DNA of 64,000 nt, taken from assembly GCA_963765575.1 (NCBI GenBank), contig CAVXWZ010000011.1, forward strand, positions 352,001-416,000. Reading direction: 5' to 3'. The notes under the pieces were generated by a model. The model saw only the letters and a list, made by a program, of their open reading frames with translations, had not been told where the DNA came from and ran no database searches. Of this stretch, positions 36,572-46,324 are shown in pieces (positions within the stretch are counted from its first letter, which is position 1; each line of letters starts with the position of its first letter). This stretch comes from an uncultured cyanobacterium (GTDB taxonomy: Bacteria > Cyanobacteriota > Cyanobacteriia > PCC-6307 > Cyanobiaceae). The position numbers were made by a program, and so were the translations under genes.

Positions 36572-37198
36572 ATGATCGCGCCAGCCACCGCGCAGCCCCA
36601 GCCACCACCGGCCCCCACGCCCCGGGCCCCCTCGCCACGGGTCCCCTCGCCACCGGCGCGCTCCTCCGGGCTGGCCACCCAGGCCGACCTGCCGCCCCAG
36701 GCGGTGGAGCGCACCACACGGCTGATTCGCCAGCACCGCGGCCGCGCCGATGCCCTGATCGAGGTGCTGCACCAGGTGCAGGAGCTCTACGGCTACCTGC
36801 CGCCGGGGGCCCTGGCCCAGGTGGCGCGGGAGCTGAAGCTGCCCCTGGCCCGGGTGCACGGGGTGGCCAGCTTCTATCACCTGTTTCGGCTGGACGCCCC
36901 CACCGCCCACCGCTGCGCGGTGTGCCTGGGCACGGCCTGCTTCGTGAAGGGGGGCGGGGATCTGGCCGCCCGCATCGAGCAGCGCCTGGGCCTGCGGCTC
37001 GATGATCCCGCCGGCAACGGCACCTGGGCCCTGGAGCACGTGAGCTGCCTGGGGGCCTGCGGCCAGGCGCCGGTGGTGGTGGTGGACGGCCGGCTGGAAC
37101 CGCGGCTGCCGATGGACGATCCAGCCGCCCTGGACATCCGCCTGGCCGCCCTGGGCCTCACCGCCACGGCGGCCCCTGAACCCGGCGGAGTGAGCTGA
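36572..37198 (+). CDS. hoxE: Bidirectional hydrogenase diaphorase subunit E
   Basis: [43 protein letters not shown]. Confidence 0.94.
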   Translation: MIAPATAQPQPPPAPTPRAPSPRVPSPPARSSGLATQADLPPQAVERTTRLIRQHRGRADALIEVLHQVQELYGYLPPGALAQVARELKLPLARVHGVASFYHLFRLDAPTAHRCAVCLGTACFVKGGGDLAARIEQRLGLRLDDPAGNGTWALEHVSCLGACGQAPVVVVDGRLEPRLPMDDPAALDIRLAALGLTATAAPEPGGVS

Positions 37199-38830
37199 TG
37201 GCTTTCCCAGCCCCATTGCAACTGCGCTGCTGCGCCGCCAGCGGCTGCCGCTCCGCCGGCGCCGAGGCCCTGCAGGCGGCGCTGCTGGCCGCCCGCGACG
37301 AGCTCGGCGGCGCCGCCGAGGCGGTGACGATCAAGCCGGTGGGCTGCCTGCGGCTGTGTGGCCGCGGCCCGCTGGTGGCCCTCGACCGCTCCGAGGGGCA
37401 GGCCCCCGAGCTCTATGCCGAGCTCACCCCCGAGCAGGCCCCCGCCCTGCTGGCCGCGGCCACCGGCATGGCCGACAAGCTGGCCGCGCAGCGCCTCGAT
37501 CCCGGCCATCCCTTCTTCGCCCTGCAGAAGGCGGTGGTGCTGGAGGGCTGCGGGGTGGTGAATCCCGAGTCGATCGACGACGCCCTGGCCCACGGCAGCT
37601 ACGCCCAGCTGCGGCGGGTGCTGCTGGAGTGCAGCCCCGAGCAGGTGCGCGAGCAGGTGAAGCGCAGCGGCCTGCGCGGCCGCGGCGGTGCCGGCTATCC
37701 CACGGGCCTGAAGTGGGACACGGTGGCCCTGCAGCCGCCCGGGCCCCGCACCCTGGTGTGCAACGCCGACGAGGGCGACCCCGGCGCCTTCATGGACCGC
37801 AGCGTGCTGGAGAGCGACCCCCACCGGCTGATCGAGGGCATGGCGATCGCCGCCTACGCCGTCGGCGCCGAACAGGGCTACGTGTATGTGCGGGCCGAAT
37901 ATCCGCTGGCGATCGAGCGCCTGCGCCTGGCCCTGCGGCAGGCCCGCACCAAGGGGCTGCTGGGGGCCCGCATCGCCGGCAGCAGCTTCAACCTGCGCCT
38001 GGAGGTGCGGGTGGGGGCCGGCGCCTATGTGTGTGGTGAGGAAACGGCGCTGCTGGCCTCGATCCAGGGGGGGCGCGGCACGCCCCGGCCGCGGCCGCCG
38101 TTCCCCGCCCAGGTGGGCCTGTGGGGCGCCCCCACCCTGATCAACAACGTGGAGACGCTGGCCTCGATCCCGGTGATCCTGCGCGAGGGCGGCGACTGGT
38201 ATGCCGCCATCGGCACCGAGGGCAGCAAGGGCACCAAGGTGTTCGCCCTTTCCGGGGCGGTGGCCCACACCGGCCTGGTGGAGGTGCCGATGGGCACCAG
38301 CCTGCGCACGGTGGTGCAGACCATCGGCGGCGGCGTGCCCGGCGCCGATGGGCCCGATGGCGGCGTCAAGGCGGTGCAGACCGGCGGCCCCTCCGGGCGG
38401 CTGCATCCCCGCCCATCTGCTCGACACGCCGGTGGACTACGAGAGCCTGCAGGCCCTGGGCTCGATGATGGGTTCGGGCGGTCTGGTGGTGATGGGCGAG
38501 ACCACCTCGATGCCGGAGGTGGCCCGCCACTTCATGCGCTTCAGCGTCAACGAGAGCTGCGGCAAGTGCGTGCCCTGCCGCGCCGGCACCGTGCAGCTGG
38601 CCCTGCTGCTCGACCGCTTCGTGGAGCGGCGGGCAACGCTGGCCGACCTCGGGCGGCTGGAGGAGCTCTGCCGCATGGTGGGCGCCACCAGCCTCTGCGG
38701 CCTGGGCCAGGCGGCCCCCAACCCGGTGCTCAGCACCCTGCGCTACTTCCGGCAGGAGTACCAGGCGGCCTGCCGGGAGCCCGGCGACTGCGAACCCCTC
38801 GATGCCTGCCTGCTGCAGGAGGTGACCTGA
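37198..38830 (+). CDS. hoxF: Diaphorase subunit F (NuoF-like); extra G near 38396
   Basis: [37 protein letters not shown]; after the shift, [12 protein letters not shown]...SLCGLG. Confidence 0.93.
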
Positions 38831-39549
38831 TGAGCGTGCTCACCCTCACGGTGGATGGTGTGGAGGTGGCCGTGCCCGCAGGCGCCTCGCTGCTCGATGC
38901 GGTGCGGGCCGCCGGCGTCGAGCTGCCCACCCTCTGCCATCTCGATGGCCTCAGCCCGGTGGGCGCCTGCCGGCTCTGCCTGGTGGAGCTGGAGGGCAGC
39001 GGCAAGCTGCAGGCCGCCTGCGCCACCGCCGCCGGTGAGGGCGTGGCCGTGCTCACCCAGACGCCCCAGCTGCAGAGCTACCGGCGCATGGCGGTGGAGC
39101 TGTTCTTCGCCGAGGGCAACCACGTGTGCGCCTTCTGCGTGGCCAACGGCAACTGCGAACTGCAGGACGTGGCGGTGGCGGTGGGCATGGATCACTCCCG
39201 CTTCCCTTACCAGTACCCGCAGCGCCGGGTGGACGCCTCCCACGAACGCTTCGCGATCGACCACAACCGCTGCATCCTCTGCACCCGTTGCGTGCGCGTG
39301 TGCGATGAGATTGAGGGCGCCCACGTGTGGGATGTGGCCAGCCGCGGCGCTGACTGCGCGATCATCGCCGGCCTCGACCAGCCCTGGGGCGAGGTGCAGG
39401 CCTGCACCTCCTGCGGCAAGTGCGTGGACGTGTGCCCCACCGGCGCCATCTTCAGCAAGGACGACACCACCGCCGAGAAGGAGGCGCAGCGGGAGCGGCC
39501 CCAGCTGCTGCGCAGCGCCCGCGAACAGAAGCAATGGCTGAACCAATGA
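38830..39549 (+). CDS. hoxU: Diaphorase subunit U
   Basis: [49 protein letters not shown]. Confidence 0.95.
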   Translation: MSVLTLTVDGVEVAVPAGASLLDAVRAAGVELPTLCHLDGLSPVGACRLCLVELEGSGKLQAACATAAGEGVAVLTQTPQLQSYRRMAVELFFAEGNHVCAFCVANGNCELQDVAVAVGMDHSRFPYQYPQRRVDASHERFAIDHNRCILCTRCVRVCDEIEGAHVWDVASRGADCAIIAGLDQPWGEVQACTSCGKCVDVCPTGAIFSKDDTTAEKEAQRERPQLLRSAREQKQWLNQ

Positions 39550-39562
39550 TCTGGAGCCCACG

Positions 39563-40138
39563 ATGAGCACCTCCTCCCCCAAATTGCGCTTCGCCACCGT
39601 GTGGCTGGCCGGCTGCAGCGGCTGCCACATGTCGTTTCTGGATCTCGACGAATGGCTGTTCGAGCTCGCCGAGCACGTGGACATCGTGTTCTCGCCGGTG
39701 GCCAGCGACATCAAGACCTACCCCGAGCAGGTGGACGTGTGCCTGGTGGAGGGGGCGGTGGCCAATGCCGACAACCTCGAGCTGGCCCTGCAGCTGCGCC
39801 AGCGCACCAAGCTGGTGGTGTCCTTCGGTGACTGCGCCGTGACCGGCAACGTGCCGGCCCTGCGCAACCTCTGGAGCGACGGCGACCAGGCCAGCCGCCA
39901 GGCGGTGCTGGAGCGCAGCTACGTGGAGCTGGCCGACACCGGCGCCCAGCACCCCCATGCGCCGGGCATTGTGCCGGAGCTGCTGGAGCGGGTGCGGCCG
40001 TTGCATGAGGTGATCCCGGTGGATCTCTATCTGCCCGGCTGCCCGCCGTCGGCGGAGCGCATCCGCGCCGCCATCGAACCCCTGCTCAGGGGCGAGACCC
40101 CGGTGCTGGAAGGCACGGCGATGTTGAAATTCGGCTGA
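39563..40138 (+). CDS. hoxY: [NiFe] hydrogenase small subunit
   Basis: [26 protein letters not shown]. Confidence 0.96.
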   Translation: MSTSSPKLRFATVWLAGCSGCHMSFLDLDEWLFELAEHVDIVFSPVASDIKTYPEQVDVCLVEGAVANADNLELALQLRQRTKLVVSFGDCAVTGNVPALRNLWSDGDQASRQAVLERSYVELADTGAQHPHAPGIVPELLERVRPLHEVIPVDLYLPGCPPSAERIRAAIEPLLRGETPVLEGTAMLKFG

Positions 40139-40145
40139 GGCCCCC

Positions 40146-41606
40146 ATGACCCGCACGATCACGATCGATCCCGTCACCCGCATCGAGGGTCACGCCAAGA
40201 TCACGCTCCACCTCGACGAGGCGGGGCGCCTGGCCGATGCCCGTTTCCACGTGGTGGAGTATCGCGGCTTCGAAACCTTCTGCGAGGGGCGGCCGTTCAC
40301 GGAGATGGCCGGCATCACCGCCCGCATCTGCGGCATCTGTCCGGTGAGCCACCTGTTGGCGGCGGCGAAGACGGGCGACAAGTTGCTGGCGGTGCAGCCG
40401 CCGGCGGCGGCGGTGAAGCTGCGGCGGCTGCTCAACCTGGCCCAGCTCTGCCAGAGCCATGCGCTGTCGTTCTTTCACCTCAGCAGCCCCGATTTCCTGC
40501 TGGGCTGGGAGAGCGATCCGGCTCGCCGCAATGTATTCGGCCTGATGGCCGCCGATCCCGATCTGGCCCGCGCCGGCATCCGCCTGCGCCAGTTTGGCCA
40601 GCAGGTGCTGGAGCTGCTGGGGGGTCGCAAGATTCACTCGGCCTGGGCGGTGCCCGGCGGCGTGCGCACGCCCCTGAGCGCCGAGGCCAGGGAGTGGATC
40701 CTGGAACGCCTGCCCGAGGCCAAGGCCACGGTGGCCACGGCGCTGAAGCTCTACAAAACCCTGCTGGATGGGCCGCTGCAGCGGGAGCAGAGCACCTTCG
40801 GTGACTTCCCCTCGCTGTTCATGGGCCTGGTGGGGCCGGGCGGGCGCTGGGAGTGCATCGACGGCCTGATCCGCTTCACCGACAGCGCCGGCACGGTGGT
40901 GGCCGATGGCCTCTCGGAAGACGACTACGCCAGCTACCTGGGCGAGGCGGTGGAGAGCTGGAGCTACCTGAAGTTTCCGTACTACAAGCCGCTGGGCTAT
41001 CCCGAGGGGATCTACCGGGTGGGGCCCCTGGCGCGGCTGAACGTGTGTGACGCGATCGGCACGCCCTGGGCCGATGCCGAGCTGGCTGAGTTTCGCCAGC
41101 GCAGCGGCACTGCTGAAAGCGGCGGCCGCATCGTGACCTCCTCGTTTGCCTTCCACCACGCCCGGCTGGTGGAGATCGTGGCCTGCCTGGAGGGCATCGA
41201 GCAGCTGGTGGTGGATGACAGCCTGATGAGCGGCCGCATCCGCGCCCGCGCCGACCTCAACGCCAACGAGGCGGTGGGCGTGAGCGAGGCGCCGCGCGGC
41301 ACCCTCTTTCACCACTACTGCGTGGATGACGACGGCCTGATCACCCGCGTGAACCTGATCATCGCCACCGGCCAGAACAACCTGGCCATGAACCGCACGG
41401 TGGCCCAGATCGCCCGCGAATTCATCACCGAGCCAGTAGCCGCTGGCGCCGAGATCCCCGAGCCCCTGCTCAACCGGGTGGAGGCGGGCATCCGCTGCTT
41501 TGATCCCTGCCTGAGCTGCAGCACCCACGCGGCGGGGCAGATGCCGCTGCACATCGAGCTGCGGGATGCTGGTGGGGAGTTGGTGGCGGAGAGGGTGAGG
41601 GATTGA
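40146..41606 (+). CDS. hoxH: [NiFe] hydrogenase large subunit (group 3d)
   Basis: [16 protein letters not shown] (L1), DPCLSCSTH (L2) plus cleavable C-terminal extension. Confidence 0.97.
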   Translation: MTRTITIDPVTRIEGHAKITLHLDEAGRLADARFHVVEYRGFETFCEGRPFTEMAGITARICGICPVSHLLAAAKTGDKLLAVQPPAAAVKLRRLLNLAQLCQSHALSFFHLSSPDFLLGWESDPARRNVFGLMAADPDLARAGIRLRQFGQQVLELLGGRKIHSAWAVPGGVRTPLSAEAREWILERLPEAKATVATALKLYKTLLDGPLQREQSTFGDFPSLFMGLVGPGGRWECIDGLIRFTDSAGTVVADGLSEDDYASYLGEAVESWSYLKFPYYKPLGYPEGIYRVGPLARLNVCDAIGTPWADAELAEFRQRSGTAESGGRIVTSSFAFHHARLVEIVACLEGIEQLVVDDSLMSGRIRARADLNANEAVGVSEAPRGTLFHHYCVDDDGLITRVNLIIATGQNNLAMNRTVAQIAREFITEPVAAGAEIPEPLLNRVEAGIRCFDPCLSCSTHAAGQMPLHIELRDAGGELVAERVRD

Positions 41607-41632
41607 GCGGTGGGGCTGAGGTGTTGATGTGG

Positions 41633-41802
41633 CCTGAACGGTCTTATAAGGGTCCGCCTAAACTGCCAAGGGTTTGATGCGCTTCTCTGAGACCCACTGC
41701 CATGACGGGTTTCCCTGGCGATAGATTCAAGAGTGAGGGGTTTTATGATGCTGGATCCAGGGGATCCGGATTTTATGCGGATCCGCCTAAGCAGCGTTAG
41801 CC
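41633..41802 (+). mobile_element. attC-like site 1 (long, 170 bp)
   Basis: CCTGAAC ... GGGTCCGCCTAAA pairs imperfectly with TTTATGCGGATCC ... AGC-GTTAGCC core. Confidence 0.7.
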
Positions 41803-42039
41803 TTACGCAAAGTCCATGCGTCCGGCTGCCCTGAGTTCCGAGCCAGGAGATCAAATAGCCGCTGGAGATCATGTTCGTTTGATTTATTTTGCTTCATTCT
41901 ATTCTGCAAGATTCTGACATTATTAAATATTGTTGTTAGCTCAAAAGTCCCCGAAGATGCCGTATGTGAACCTAAACAAAGCAAGCGGTCGGCTTTGCTC
42001 TAAAGTTCTACTACCCGACGTAGTGCTTTACGCGATGAT

Positions 42040-42240
42040 ATGAAAGTGTCCGAGGTTCTCAAAGCGATCAAGGATGATGGCTGGTTTCAAGTGGCCCAGA
42101 GAGGCAGTCATCGTCAATTTAAGCATCCAAGCAAGCCAGGAAGGGTAACCATTGCTGGCAAGCCGTCCGATGAACTTGCAAGGGGCACTCAGATGAGTAT
42201 CCTGAAGCAAGCAGGTCTCCGAGGTTCAGAACAGCCATGA
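42040..42240 (+). CDS. hicA: HicA-family toxin
   Basis: DGWFQVAQRGSHRQFKHPSKPGRVTIAG...GTQMSILKQAGL. Confidence 0.93.
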   Translation: MKVSEVLKAIKDDGWFQVAQRGSHRQFKHPSKPGRVTIAGKPSDELARGTQMSILKQAGLRGSEQP

Positions 42241-42449
42241 AGTACGCAGTAGTCATTGAGAAGGCTGGAGATAACTTTTCGGCCTACGTGCCAGACCTCC
42301 CAGGCTGTATCGTAACTGGCGATACTGCCTCTGAAGCCGAACAGCAGATACGCGAGGCAATTTCATTTCACTTGGACGGGTTACGGGAGGATGGCATGGA
42401 GATACCCGAGCCGTCTTGTGCCGTTGGTTATGTCGAACTTGCTGCATAA
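42237..42449 (+). CDS. hicB: HicB-family antitoxin (short, no DNA-binding domain)
   Basis: YAVVIEK...SAYVPDLPGCIVTGDT...IREAISFHL; overlaps the hicA stop (ATGA). Confidence 0.93.
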   Translation: MKYAVVIEKAGDNFSAYVPDLPGCIVTGDTASEAEQQIREAISFHLDGLREDGMEIPEPSCAVGYVELAA

Positions 42450-42464
42450 CCGAAATGAGGCGAA

Positions 42465-42549
42465 GGCTAACATCCAGATGCAGAAGACGGGAGCAAAATG
42501 CATTGATTATGCCCACACCTCTGCCCGCTTCTGATCTGGAGCGTTAGCC
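42465..42549 (+). mobile_element. attC site 2 (85 bp)
   Basis: GGCTAAC-A-TCCAGAT-g-CAGAAG-a-CGGG ... CCCG-CTTCTG-ATCTGGA-GC-GTTAGCC: stem with two extrahelical bases. Confidence 0.92.
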
Positions 42550-42640
42550 GAATCTGTGAATGGCGGCGGGCTGAGCGGAGGAACAGGATGCGCTCTAGCA
42601 TGTGGGATATTGCTACAGTGTCTTCAAGTCGGAGCTAAAC

Positions 42641-42853
42641 ATGAATTTCACTTTGGAGTGCGAACAAGAAGTAGACGGTCGTTGGATTGCCGAGGTGCCG
42701 GAGCTACCTGGAGTCCTTGCATACGGGAGCTCTTCAACTGATGCAATGTCAAAGGCTGAAGTACTAGCCCTTCGTATTATCGCTGATCGGCTTGAAAATG
42801 GCGAGTCCGAGCCACTCAGCATCCGGTTTTCGCTCCACTCTCTGCATGAGTAA
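42641..42853 (+). CDS. hicB: HicB-family antitoxin (short)
   Basis: EQEVDGRWIAEVPELPGVLAYG...AMSKAEVLALR; GGAG SD upstream. Confidence 0.85.
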   Translation: MNFTLECEQEVDGRWIAEVPELPGVLAYGSSSTDAMSKAEVLALRIIADRLENGESEPLSIRFSLHSLHE

Positions 42854-43057
42854 CTGGCCTTCAGCCAAAGCCAAGAAATATTAGCAGCCTTGCAGTCCAT
42901 TGGATGGAGAGTTAAGCGTCAGTCAGGATCTCACAAGACGCTTGAACATGCAGACTATCCGGACTATGTCTTTGCATTTCATGATGGCGAGGAGATTGGC
43001 CCCAGGATGTTGTCGCGAATCGCCAAGCACACCGGCCTCGAACCAGGTGATCTGTGA
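42846..43057 (+). CDS. hicA: HicA-family toxin with a 1-nt deletion in an A-run near 42877 (absent from the ORF track)
   Basis: MSNWPSAKAKK, then in the shifted frame ILAALQSIGWRVKRQSGSHKTLEHADYPDYVFAFHDGEEIGPRMLSRIAKHTGLEPGDL*. Confidence 0.85.
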
Positions 43058-43072
43058 TGCAGGCGGGAAATC

Positions 43073-43162
43073 GGCTAACAATGCCATACACCTGAGCCGC
43101 CCCCTGATGATCTTTGTTGAGCTTCCTGGCTCTTGGCGGCCAGGTGATGGCGAGCGTTAGGC
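43073..43162 (+). mobile_element. attC site 3 (90 bp)
   Basis: GGCTAAC-AAT-GCCAT-a-CACCTG-a-GCCGCC ... GGCGGC-CAGGTG-ATGGC-GAGC-GTTAGGC. Confidence 0.92.
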
Positions 43163-43184
43163 CTCCAAAAAGAGTTCGCCAGCA

Positions 43185-43601
43185 ATGCACCTTCCTTCTG
43201 TGGCCTTGGTCAAAACTATCCACGCCGGCCTCGCTTACTGCGCCATGGTGCTGGGGGCGGGATTTGTTCTCGGCATGGTCAGGGTTCCGTTCCTGGTGCC
43301 ACGCATCGGTGAGCGCTGGGCGGAACTGGCAGAGATGCCCATCATGGCCATGGTGATCTACGTCGCTGCGGGGGTCATCCTTCGCCGCTTTCCAGAGGTT
43401 GGCTCACCGCCGCGAGCTTTGATCGCTGGTCTGCTGGCCTTGGCGCTACTGGTTGTGGCGGAGCTGGCCCTGGCCACGGTGCTGCAGGGCATGGGCCCTG
43501 CAGAGTTGATCGCCAGCCGCGACAAACTGTCGGGTTCGGTCTATCTCGTTCTCCTGATTGTTTTTGCCGTGATGCCAAGGTTGCGATCACCAGCGCCATG
43601 A
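43185..43601 (+). CDS. Hypothetical 4-TM membrane protein (cassette gene)
   Basis: Starts 23 bp after attC3; four hydrophobic segments; AELAEMPIM. Confidence 0.75.
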   Translation: MHLPSVALVKTIHAGLAYCAMVLGAGFVLGMVRVPFLVPRIGERWAELAEMPIMAMVIYVAAGVILRRFPEVGSPPRALIAGLLALALLVVAELALATVLQGMGPAELIASRDKLSGSVYLVLLIVFAVMPRLRSPAP

Positions 43602-43804
43602 CATCAGCTCTCCCCTGCCAGCATGGAGCTGTTCATTGTCCTCTCTTGATCCGCTTTTGGCGAGGAGAGCAATCTGCCAGGGATCTTGAACATTGATCGC
43701 ATCATCGTCTGGCCTGCGTTTCCAGTCGTAGCGTTAGCTCCCTACCAATCAGCTGTCTACCCCCTACACTATCTGGATGCCAAGAGCGAATCCTGTTGCA
43801 TTCC

Positions 43805-45510
43805 ATGCCGTCTCCCTCCACTGTATCGACTGAGCCCCGCGTCACCACATTTGACGACTTTGTGGGATCGGCTGACTATTCATTGATGGATTCCTTGAAT
43901 CCTGATCCTGAGGCCACCGACGATGGCAACGATCACCGCGTGCGCCAGGTGTTCTCCGGTCATTACGTGCCTGTCACGCCCACACCGCTCGCAGACCCCG
44001 AGTACGTGGCCCACAGCAGCACGTTGTTCCGTGAACTCGGCCTGAGCGACGCGCTGGCACAGAACAATGATTTTCTCAGGATCTTTTCGGGCGATCTCTC
44101 GGCCGCCCATGAGCCCATGCGCCCGTTATGGCTGGGCCACGGGTTATGCCCTCTCGATTTACGGCAGTGAATACAACCAGCAGTGCCCTTTCGGCACGGG
44201 CAATGGCTATGGCGATGGCCGGGCGATCTCTGTGTTTGAAGGCGTCTTCGAGGGCCGGCGCTGGGAGATGCAGCTCAAGGGTGCTGGTCCGACCCCCTAT
44301 TGCCGTGGCGGTGATGGCCGTGCCGTGCTGCGCTCCAGCGTGCGCGAGTTTCTGGCGCAGGAGCACATGCACGCCTTGGGGATTCCCACCTCGCGCTCGT
44401 TGACCCTGGTGGTCTCGTCCTCGGAGACCGTGCAGCGACCATGGTATTCGGCCGATTCCCGCTCCCACGACCCCGATGTTCTGGTGCGTGATCCTGTGGC
44501 GATATCCACCCGCGTGGCGCCATCCTTTCTGCGGGTTGGCCAGCTGGAGTTGTTTGCTCGCCGCGTTCGCCGCAATGCGCATCCAGGGGCCTTGGCTGAG
44601 CTACGCATGATCGTGATGCATCTGATGCAGCGAGAGTATGCATCCGATATCGATCCAGGCCTCGCCTTCAGCGATCAATTGGTGGAGCTGGCCGTGGCCT
44701 TTCGTGGGCCGTCTCACTTCCCTGGTGGCCAACTGGCTGCGCGTGGGCTACTGCCAGGGAAATTTCAACAGTGACAACTGCGCCGCCGGTGGCTTCACGC
44801 TCGATTACGGCCCCTTCGGCTTCTGTGAACTCTTCGATCCCGCCTTCCAGCCCTGGACGGGTGGCGGCGATCACTTCGCCTTCTTCAATCAGCCCGTGGC
44901 GGCGGAAGCCAACTTCCACATGTTCTGGACGGCCGTGCGGCCCCTGCTCGTCGATGACGCCGCAGCCCTTGCCCAGTTCGACGCGGTGCGCCAGGGTTTT
45001 GCCGCTGCGATGGAGAGCCAGATCCAGGCGATGTGGGCCACCAAGCTGGGCCTGGCCACCTACGACCCAACCCTCGTCCAGGAGCTGCTGCGGTTGATGG
45101 TGGCGACCAAGCTGGATCTCACCATCTTCTTCCGCGAGCTCTCCCAGCTGCCAAACGACCTTTCAGCTCTGAGCAACAGCTTCTATGCCGCTCCATCAGA
45201 GCCGCTCGCGGCGGCATGGCACGCCTGGTTGCAACGCTGGCGCGACCGCATCGGCAGCCAGGGCGATCTGGCAGACGTTTCCACACAGATGAAACAGGTG
45301 AACCCGAAATACACCTGGCGCGAGTGGCTGGTGGTTCCCGCCTATCAGCAGGCGGCGCAGGGCGACTACGCCCTGGTGAAGGAGCTGCAGCAGGTGCTCA
45401 CCCACCCCTACGACGAGCAATCGCCAGAGATTGAAGCCAAGTTCTACCGGCTCAAGCCTGAGCACGCCTTCAACGCCGGTGGCGTGTCGCACTACAGCTG
45501 CTCATCCTGA
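43805..45510 (+). CDS. selO: Protein adenylyltransferase SelO/YdiU; frameshifts near 44122 and 44707
   Basis: [65 protein letters not shown]-terminal SCSS. Confidence 0.9.
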
Positions 45511-45545
45511 GCATCGATTCACCCACTGGCCAGGAGCGATCGCTC

Positions 45546-45974
45546 GTGATCGGCATCGGCAACCCCCTGCGCGGCGACGATGGCGTCGGCGCCCTGCTGG
45601 CCGAGTCCGCCGGTGGCCGCTGCGTGCATCAGCTCACGCCCGAGCTGGCTGCCGACCTGGCGCCGTTGCAGCGGCTGTTGTTCATCGATGCCTGGTTGGC
45701 GCCGGGGCAGGCCGGCGAGGCCCCTTCTCCCAGGCTCGACCCCCTGCCCGCCGAGGTCCAGCCCAGCAGCACCTGCAGCAACCACCGCCTCGAACCGGCC
45801 GAGCTGCTGGCGATCACCGCCGCCCTCTACGGCCGCGCCCCCAGCGCCGCCTGGCTGCGGGTGCCCGCCTACGCCTTCGATCACGGCAGCGAACTCTCGG
45901 CGCCGCTGCGCTCATCGCTGCCCGTGGCCCGCCGTCTGCTGCAGCAGTGGCTGGAGGATGGCGCCCATGCATGA
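45546..45974 (+). CDS. hoxW: Hydrogenase maturation protease
   Basis: IGIGNPLRGDDGVG, HQLTPELA, LFIDA. Confidence 0.88.
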   Translation: MIGIGNPLRGDDGVGALLAESAGGRCVHQLTPELAADLAPLQRLLFIDAWLAPGQAGEAPSPRLDPLPAEVQPSSTCSNHRLEPAELLAITAALYGRAPSAAWLRVPAYAFDHGSELSAPLRSSLPVARRLLQQWLEDGAHA

Positions 45975-46323
45975 GCTCAGCATCATGGAAGCCGTGCGCG
46001 ACCAGGCGCTGGCCCAGGCCGAGCTCCATGGCGGCGGCCTGATCACCGCCATCACCCTGCGCATCGGCAGCCTCGCCGGAGTGGAGCCCGATGCCCTGTC
46101 TCTGGCCTTCACCGTGGTGATGGCGGACACCCCCGCCGCCGCGGCCCGGCTGGTGATCGAGGCGGTGGCGGCGGAATGTTTCTGCGCCGGTTGCCAGCGG
46201 CCGTTTCCTGCCCAGGATGGGGTGTGCGAGTGCCCCCGCTGCGGCGCCATCAGCCGCCAGCTCTTGCGCGGTCGCGAACTGCAACTGGCCTCCCTTGAGT
46301 TGGCCGATCCGGAGCCCTGCTGA
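45967..46323 (+). CDS. hypA: Hydrogenase nickel metallochaperone
   Basis: MHELSI, two CxxC, GRELQL. Confidence 0.95.
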   Translation: MHELSIMEAVRDQALAQAELHGGGLITAITLRIGSLAGVEPDALSLAFTVVMADTPAAAARLVIEAVAAECFCAGCQRPFPAQDGVCECPRCGAISRQLLRGRELQLASLELADPEPC

Positions 46324-46324
46324 G

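Larger units (their letters stand above)
41633..43739 (+). mobile_element. Integron cassette array lacking integrase (CALIN)
   Basis: Three attC palindromes plus one degenerate site bounding short low-GC ORFs; no tyrosine recombinase in the window. Confidence 0.85.

Noticed and set aside
37198..39549. Natural HoxF-HoxU fusion protein (783 aa)
   Set aside because: The middle section is out-of-frame sequence; the true HoxF C-terminus lies in another frame and hoxU has its own SD and ATG
41787..41984. Minus-strand 65-aa ORF as an integrase remnant, and GTTAGCT at about 41935 as attI or attC
   Set aside because: No tyrosine-recombinase motifs and no matching inverse core or stem; more likely the AT-rich leader of cassette 1
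45495..45512. Selenocysteine recoding of the selO TGA
   Set aside because: The Sec-equivalent position is already Cys (CSS); the TGA follows as the normal stop
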